This document shows, piece by piece, positions 46,241-52,430 of a stretch of 64,000 bases of DNA; position 1 is the first letter of the stretch, and every line of letters begins with the position of its first letter. Source of the DNA: Balanoglossus misakiensis (Eukaryota; Animalia; Hemichordata); contig CM082598.2 of assembly GCA_040954595.2 (NCBI GenBank), positions 7,455,097 to 7,519,096 on the forward strand. The letters are read 5' to 3'. The position numbers were made by a program, and so were the translations under genes. A model generated the notes under the pieces. The model made no database searches and was not told the origin of the DNA. It saw nothing but the letters and a program-made list of their open reading frames with translations.

Positions 46241-47452
46241 GTTGAAAGATTTTCCTTTTTTGATGATTTTCAAACCATGATTTTTTTTTTCAAAAATTGA
46301 CGAAATTTTGAGATTTTGCAAAGTTGAAAAATTGTCATTTTTTGACGATTTTCAAATCATGATTTTTTTCAAAAATTGACCAATATTTTAGAGATTTTGC
46401 AAAGTAAAAAAGTTGTCATTTTTTTATGATTTTCATGAGCTATATAAAACCCATGATTTTTTTTTAAAAATCGACTAATATTTGAGATTTCGCAAAGTCG
46501 ACAAATTGTCATTTTTTGATGATTTTTAACCCATGATTTTTTTCAAATATTTACGAAATTTTGAGATTTTGTAAAGTTGAAAAATTGTCATGTTTTGATG
46601 ATTTTCAAATCATGATTTTTTTTCAAAAATTGACGAATTTTTTTGAGATTTTGCAAAGTTGAAAAATTGTCATTTTATGATGATTTTCAACCCATGATTT
46701 TTTTTCAAAAATTGACGAAATTTTACGATTTTGCAAAGTAAAAATGTTGTCATTTTTTTATGATTTTCATGAGCTATATAAAACCCATGATTTTTTTTTA
46801 AAAATCGACTAATATTTGAGATTTCGCAAAGTCGATAAATTGTCATTTTTTGATGATTTTCAACCCATGATTTTTTTCAAATATTGACGAAATTTTGAGA
46901 TTTTGCAAAGTTGAAAAATTTTCAATTTCAACTTTGATTTTTATCAAAAATTGACGAAATTTTGGGATTTTGCAAAGTTCAAAAATTGTCATTTTTTGAT
47001 GATTTTCAACCCATGATTTTTATCAAAAATTGACGAAATTTTGAGATTTTGCAAAGTTGAAAAATTGTCATTTTTTGATGATTATCAACCCATGATTTTT
47101 TTTCAAAATTTTACGAAATTTTGAGATTTTGCAAAATTGAAAAAGTTGTCATTTTTTGATGATTTTCAAATCATGATTTTTTTTCAAAAATTGACGAATT
47201 TGTTTGAGATTTTGCAAAGTTTAAAAATTGTCATTTTATGATGATTTTCAACCCATGATTTTTTTCAAATATTTACGAAATTTTGAGATTTTGCAAAGTT
47301 GAAAAATTGTCATTTTTTGATGACCCCAATAACAATAGGTTAGTGTCAGTTCAGTCACACTGTGTACTACGATGGTTTAAACAGCAGAGAATAATGTATC
47401 CACAAGAGATATTTCTACTCAAACCACCACTGTAACTGATTTTAACTGCGAA

Positions 47453-48859
47453 ATGCCTTACCACAATCTTTGTAACAATGATAGTACCTGTGAATGTGAT
47501 TCTCAGTTACCCAATAACTGTTATGAGTCAGATGATGGCTATTTATCCAGTGATGGACACCCTGCAACTACAGAAATTACTGTTACTGAAATGGCAGTTA
47601 ACCAATGTACTTTTTGTAATGCCAATGACTGCACCTGTTCCCTGTCTTTTCCCTCTCCTTCACATGATGCCAGAGAAAGTGCTGCTCATGTTTGCACACC
47701 CGTTAGCTTACAACAAAATTCTCTGAATCCCCATGCTCAAGCATTCACACCAAAATCCCTGTCATCAACACCACCACATACAGACATCAACGATTTGCAA
47801 CTTCTCATCACGGCACACGATTATGTTCTCGATAGTGGTCTTCATAACTACCAAGGTATCAAGACACCAGTCAATACTAACCTTAAAATCCCTATTTGGC
47901 GTGCCAAACTCAAAAATTACCCCGACGCAGCCATTTGTGATTTCTTAGAATTCGGCTGGCCCATTGGTTATACAAAATCACAGTTACCACATTCCACACA
48001 TACCAATCACAAGTCCGCCATTCAGCATGCACTCGCAGTACAAACTTTCATCAACAAGGAAACCAGCCTCGGTGCAACCCTTGGCCCATTCACTGAATCC
48101 CCCTTCAATACCAGACCATTATGTTTATCGCCACTCCAAACTGTGGAAAAGAAAGGTTCGAATGGTAAACGTAGAGTTGTTTTCGACTTGAGCGTTCCTC
48201 CCGGTTTTTCTGTAAATGATGGCATTCCCAAAGATACATATTTGGATGCCCCCTTCTCGCTCTCTTATTCTGGAATTGATTCATTCACTGCAATCATCAA
48301 ATCAAAAGGCCGCGGATGCTTAATTTTCAAACGTGACATTCATCGTGCTTACCGTCAGATACCAGTTGACCCCGGCGACTACCACTTGCTTGGTCTCCGA
48401 TCTGCCTCCGTTGCCTGTCAGAGGACGACTGATGCGGTCTCCTTTATTTTTCTCCAAGATGGTTACGACTGTGTCAATTACATAGATGACTTTGGTGGAG
48501 CAGATACTAGCAACAAAGCTTCTGGGGCTTTCACTCACCTTGGCACAATCTTGTCCGAGCTCGGCTTAGATGAATCGAAAGAAAAAGCCTGTGCTCCTGC
48601 AACAGAGATGGTTTTTCTTGGCAGGCTCTTCAACACAGTTGACATGACTATCAGCGTACCACAAGACAAGATATCTGAAGTATTGCCCATCCTGGACACT
48701 TGGATGGAGAGACGCCGTGCCAAGAAACGTGACCTGCAATCTCTTATAGGGAAACTTGCCTTTCTCGCAGCGTGCGTCCGCCCCGGCAGGGTTTTTATCG
48801 CCAGACTACTTAGCATCTTACGCAAAGTTCAACGCAATCACCATCTGGTCTACATCTGA
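47453..48859 (+). pseudogene. Reverse transcriptase (DIRS/Ngaro-type), disrupted
   Basis: Motifs CLSPLQTVEKK, RRVVFDLS, SVNDGI, KRDIHRAYRQIPV, YIDD (48479-48490), FLG and LQSLIGKLAF. The segment ending in LPFG that normally precedes LRSA is missing (YHLLG|LRSA). The frame stops before RNase H instead of reading through. Confidence 0.9.
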
Positions 48860-49328
48860 TCAGATCCTGACAACAGACGCCTGCCTACAAGGTGCAGGAG
48901 GCACATGCGGGAAAGAGTATTTCCACACCACATTTCCTGAGGCCATTACCGATCAGAATTTACACATTTCAGCACTAGAATTACTTGGTGTAGTCCTTGC
49001 CGGTAAATTATGGGCTGCACATCTCAAACATAAACGCATCCTGATCCAGTGTGATAACGAACCCACAGTCCATGGGATAAATTCCGGATCCTGCCGTGAC
49101 CCCACAATGTTAACCTACCTGCGAGAATTGTGGTTTATCGCAGCAACACATTCATTCGAATTGAAATCTGTGCATATATCTGGTATTGACAACCGCACGG
49201 CCGACCTCTTGAGCCGTTGGTCCCTTTCCCCGTCCTACCAACGACAATGTTATACATTGACAACTACTGCAGATATGATCGACTGTCCCATCACAGATGA
49301 CATGTACAACTTAACCCACTCATGGTAA
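48860..49328 (+). pseudogene. RNase H domain of the pol ORF, frameshifted relative to RT
   Basis: Acidic catalytic motifs TDAC, ISALEL, CDN and DNRTADLLSR in ORF 48756..49328. The first ~35 codons of that ORF overlap RT and are not RNase H-like. Confidence 0.88.
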
Positions 49329-50357
49329 TTTCCTCTCACTCTGTTTCAGGAGGAATAAAAAGTCACCCCCTATGTGAAGCCCTTAAGTCCAGGGTTAGTC
49401 AACAAGTAGCCTCCGCTTATGCACCAGGTACACTACGCAACCTGCAATCTCACTGGAAAACATATTTTTCCTTCTGTGTTGTCCTGAAGCTGACACCAGT
49501 GCCGGCCTCACATGAGACTATTAACTGTTTTGTTGAGTTCCTTTCATCGACGATACACAACGTTGGTACGCATAAAAGCTACCTTAACAGTTTAGCCACC
49601 CTTCACGAGCTGCATAATTTCCCTCGGGCAGCGGTTCACAGTTTTACTACCAATTTACTGCTTCGCAGTATTGGCCGCAGTCACCCCCAATTACCAAAGC
49701 AAAAGCTCGCCATCACACCAGTCATTCTGCTGGCCATCTAGAGGTTACTCAATTTGCACAACCCTCTCCACGTCACACTCTGGGCAGCCTTCCTCACTGC
49801 CTTTCACTTTTTAAGAAAATCAAATCTTGTCCCTCCCAGTGTGGCAGCCTTCGATCCCAGCATTCACCTGGCACGCCAAAATTTCCACTTCACAACTACG
49901 GGTGTTGTTGTTGGCATTACATGGTCCAAAACTGTTCAGCAACATGAACGTGTACTTACTATACCCATAGCTAGTTTACCAGATTCACCGTTGTGTCTTG
50001 TTTCTGCCTTGAGACATATGTGCAGTTTCCTCGCAGCGACTCCCACTTCGCCTGCCTTCCTAGTGCCCAGCACAAGGGGTCTTGTCACCTTGACCTACAG
50101 CACTTTCACTTCTAACTTGCACCAGCTTCTCCAACAAGCAGGGTTTCCCCCCCTCCCATTATTCAGGTCACAGTTTCAGGCGAGGGGGAGCATCCTGTGC
50201 CTTTTCTGCACATGTGCCCGGTGAGCTAATCCAGATACACGATGACTGGAATTCACAAGCCTACCTTTTGTACTTACAAATACCTTTTTCCAAACGTCTC
50301 GAAGTGTCCACACGTATTAACCTTTTTCTCAGACAATTTTCAAATAGTGCACTTTAA
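49322..50357 (+). pseudogene. Tyrosine recombinase (phage-integrase fold), disrupted by one stop codon and one frameshift
   Basis: N-terminal AYAPGT..Y..FC region; in-frame TAG at 49739-49741; FLRKSNL (catalytic Arg) and WSKT (Lys). After a +1 shift in the C7 run at 50147-50153 it reads SHYSGHSFRRGGA...IHDDWNSQAYLLY (HxxR, W, catalytic Tyr) to TAA at 50355-50357. Confidence 0.92.
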
Positions 50358-50516
50358 ATGTACCCGTATTATACTGCCTACAAGTGCTTTGAGCATTGTA
50401 AAAAATTATTGTTGACCTAACTTTCCATGCAGGTGGAATGTACTCGCATTATACTGCCTACAAGCGCTTTGAGCATTGTACAATTTTATTGTTGACCTAA
50501 CTTTTCATACAAGTGG
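50357..50516 (+). repeat. Two tandem 80-bp units in the 3' untranslated part of the element
   Basis: AATGTACCCGTATTATACTGCCTACAAG... at 50357 and AATGTACTCGCATTATACTGCCTACAAG... at 50437; colinear, with about ten substitutions. Confidence 0.93.
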
Positions 50517-50548
50517 GCGGACAGGATTGGCGGCCATTTCGTTCTTGT

Positions 50549-50662
50549 CCTTTGTTTGGACTGCAGGTCCCTTTGCCGATTAAACGGGCACCTTTGCCTT
50601 GAGCCGCCAATCCTGTCTCCTGTGTTTTATATATATTGACTATTGATTATGTGTGAGTAATT
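50549..50662 (+). repeat. Split direct repeat B1 (weaker similarity may extend to ~50537)
   Basis: CCTTTGTTTGG...GTGTGAGTAATT matches 50863-50976 (offset 314) with 4 mismatches in 114 nt. Confidence 0.92.
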
Positions 50663-50850
50663 TGGGGGAGCATGAGGGGCGCCCTTAATTGATCACGCAT
50701 GCGCCTTATCATCACAGTTAGTTTTCATAGCGTTTCTGACTTGTTCAAGCTGGGAGCTTTCTTTGCAATCCCTCCCACCCACCCATAGCCTTGCAATGTC
50801 TTTAGTCATCATTGCTCATACACAACGATTGCTGAAACTTGTTATTTACC
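50663..50850 (+). repeat. Putative A2 segment of the split direct repeats
   Basis: Assigned by position between B1 and B2 only; the matching 5' A1 copy is not in the window. Confidence 0.6.
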
Positions 50851-50862
50851 TTTCATTGTTGG

Positions 50863-50976
50863 CCTTTGTTTGGTCTGCAGGTCCCTTTACCGATTAAACG
50901 GGCAACTTTGCCTTTAGCCGCCAATCCTGTCTCCTGTGTTTTATATATATTGACTATTGATTATGTGTGAGTAATT
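50863..50976 (+). repeat. Split direct repeat B2, the 3' terminus of the element
   Basis: Second copy of B, followed immediately by satellite sequence (GAGTAATT|ATCAAAAATGAC). Confidence 0.92.
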
Positions 50977-51997
50977 ATCAAAAATGACAGTTTTTGGTCG
51001 TTGGAAAATCTCAAAATATCATCGAGTTCTGATTTTAAAAAATCATGGGTTATAGCTCATGAAAATCATCAAAAAATAAAAATTTTACGACTTTGCAAAT
51101 TCTCAAATATTCGTCGATTTTTGAAAAAAAAATATCACGGGTTATAGGTTTGCGACTTTGAAAATTTTCAAAAATTCTTAATTTCCGATAAAAAAGCATA
51201 GATATAGTATACATAATTATAGTTCATGAAAATCATCAAAAAATGACAATTTTTCGACTTTGATAATTTTCAAAATTCTTTACTTTGATATAAACAAATC
51301 ATGGTTTATAGCTCATGAAAATAATCAAAAAATGACCAGATTTCGACGTTGCGAAATCTCAAATATTCGTCGATTTTTTCATAAAAATCATGGTTTATAG
51401 CTCATGAAAATCATCAAAAAATGAAAATTTTTCGGCTTAGAAAATTTTCAATTTGAAAATCATGCAAAAATGACAATTTTTCAACTTTGCAAAATCTCAA
51501 ATATTCGTCGATTTTTTGACTTGCGAAATCTCAAAAATTCCGTCAAGTTTTGAAAAAAAATCATGGGTTATGAAAATCATCAAAAAATGACAATTTTTCG
51601 ACTTTGAAAATTTTCAAAAAATCTTTACTTTTGATAAAAAAATCATGGTTAATAGCCCATGTAAAACATCCAATTATGACAATTTTTCGACTTTGCAAAT
51701 TATCAAATATTCGTCGATTTTTTGAAAAATATGGGTCACAGTTCATGAAAATCATCAAAAAATGAAAATTTTTCGACTTTGAAAATTTTCAAAATTCTTT
51801 ACTTTCGATAAAAAATCATGGTTAATAGCTCATGAAAATCATCAAAAAATGACAATTTTTTTACTTGATAATTTTCAAAAATTCTTTACTTTTATATAAA
51901 AATCATAGTTTATAGCTCATGAAAATAATCAAAAAATGACAATTTTTCGACTTTGCAAAATCTCATAATTTCGTCGTTTTTGAAAAAAATCATGGAT
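50977..51997 (-). repeat. Diverged SatA block in inverted orientation (about a dozen monomers, some truncated)
   Basis: Units such as CATGGGTTATAGCTCATGAAAATCATCAAAAAATGACAATTTTTCGACTTTGCAAAATCTCA are the reverse complement of long-variant SatA, with many more substitutions and indels than the main array. Confidence 0.95.
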
Positions 51998-52430
51998 TAG
52001 ACCTACCAACTCGGTACTGCACTGGTACATTTGGTCAAACGTCCGATTTTTATGCCGCTTTGCACTGCAGCGGACAGTGCACATATCAACAAGCAATAGG
52101 CGACTGCGTTCAGCAGAAGAACTGTTCTTTTTTCGTTTTTCTAAACATACACTTAAAAGATCATCAATAAAAATGAAATATCAGCCCTGAAAATGAAGTC
52201 TGAGTGCAAACTAGTACAGAATTAATAGAGACATCATCGCTGGCACACAGAAAGTGAGGATCAATAATTAGTTCATTGGCGCATAATTCTTACTTGTAAT
52301 TGTATTTGTTGTGGCAGCTGCAGGCCAGAAAGTTTTACTACCACAAATAAATCGATGCTAATTGATTATTCATTAAAGTACACAGTTTTTTGGAACTACT
52401 GCCGGCACTGTAAAAACTGTGGCTAGTAAC
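51998..52430. other. Non-repetitive ~430-bp spacer between SatA and SatB, possibly a transposon fragment
   Basis: No similarity seen to either satellite or the retroelement, and no ORF of 60 aa or more. Ends in a 10-bp inverted repeat (52381-52390/52412-52421) followed by CTAG. Confidence 0.55.

Larger units (their letters stand above)
1..47323 (+). repeat. Satellite array SatA, ~79-bp core monomer with ~87-92-bp variants, head-to-tail (continues off the left edge)
   Basis: Consensus TTGACGAAATTTTGAGATTTTGCAAAGTTGAAAAATTGTCATTTTTTGATGATTTTCAACCCATGATTTTTTTCAAAAA (79 nt) recurs continuously (GACG at 102, 180, 259...). Long variants insert TGAGCTATA, TGATCTATA, AGAGCTATAA or TGAGCTATATAAA between TTTTCA and ACCCATG. 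The array stops abruptly at ...CATTTTTTGATGA (47323). Confidence 0.98.
47324..50976 (+). mobile_element. Tyrosine-recombinase retrotransposon (DIRS order, Ngaro-like), 5'-truncated and decayed
   Basis: RT, RNase H and tyrosine recombinase in that order on the + strand, followed by two ~114-bp direct repeats separated by ~200 bp (B1-A2-B2 split-direct-repeat layout). No methyltransferase domain, LTRs, poly(A) tail or TSD seen. No gag or 5' A1 copy present. Confidence 0.92.

Noticed and set aside
47315-47335. Target-site duplication or intact 5' terminus at the left junction
   Set aside because: The sequence after 47323 does not match the A2 start and no direct repeat matches the right flank, so it is treated as a truncation or rearrangement breakpoint.
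47478-48825. Short overlapping or antisense ORFs within the RT region as gag or accessory genes
   Set aside because: They are 69-96 aa with no recognisable motifs, as expected for shadow frames.
50278-50322. ACACGTATTAACC and CGAAGTGT shared between the YR C-terminus and SatB, suggesting SatB derives from the element
   Set aside because: The matches are only 13 and 8 bp, in a different order and spacing than in SatB, and do not extend; compatible with chance.
49322-50357. Prophage or bacterial integrase
   Set aside because: The YR is linked to RT-RNase H and split direct repeats, and no phage genes are present.
50535-50605. Self-cleaving ribozyme (twister or hammerhead) in the B repeat
   Set aside because: GGTCCC and ATTAAA loosely recall twister, but the required pseudoknot pairings and the hammerhead CTGANGA/GAAA core could not be built by eye on either strand. 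An Rfam scan would settle it.
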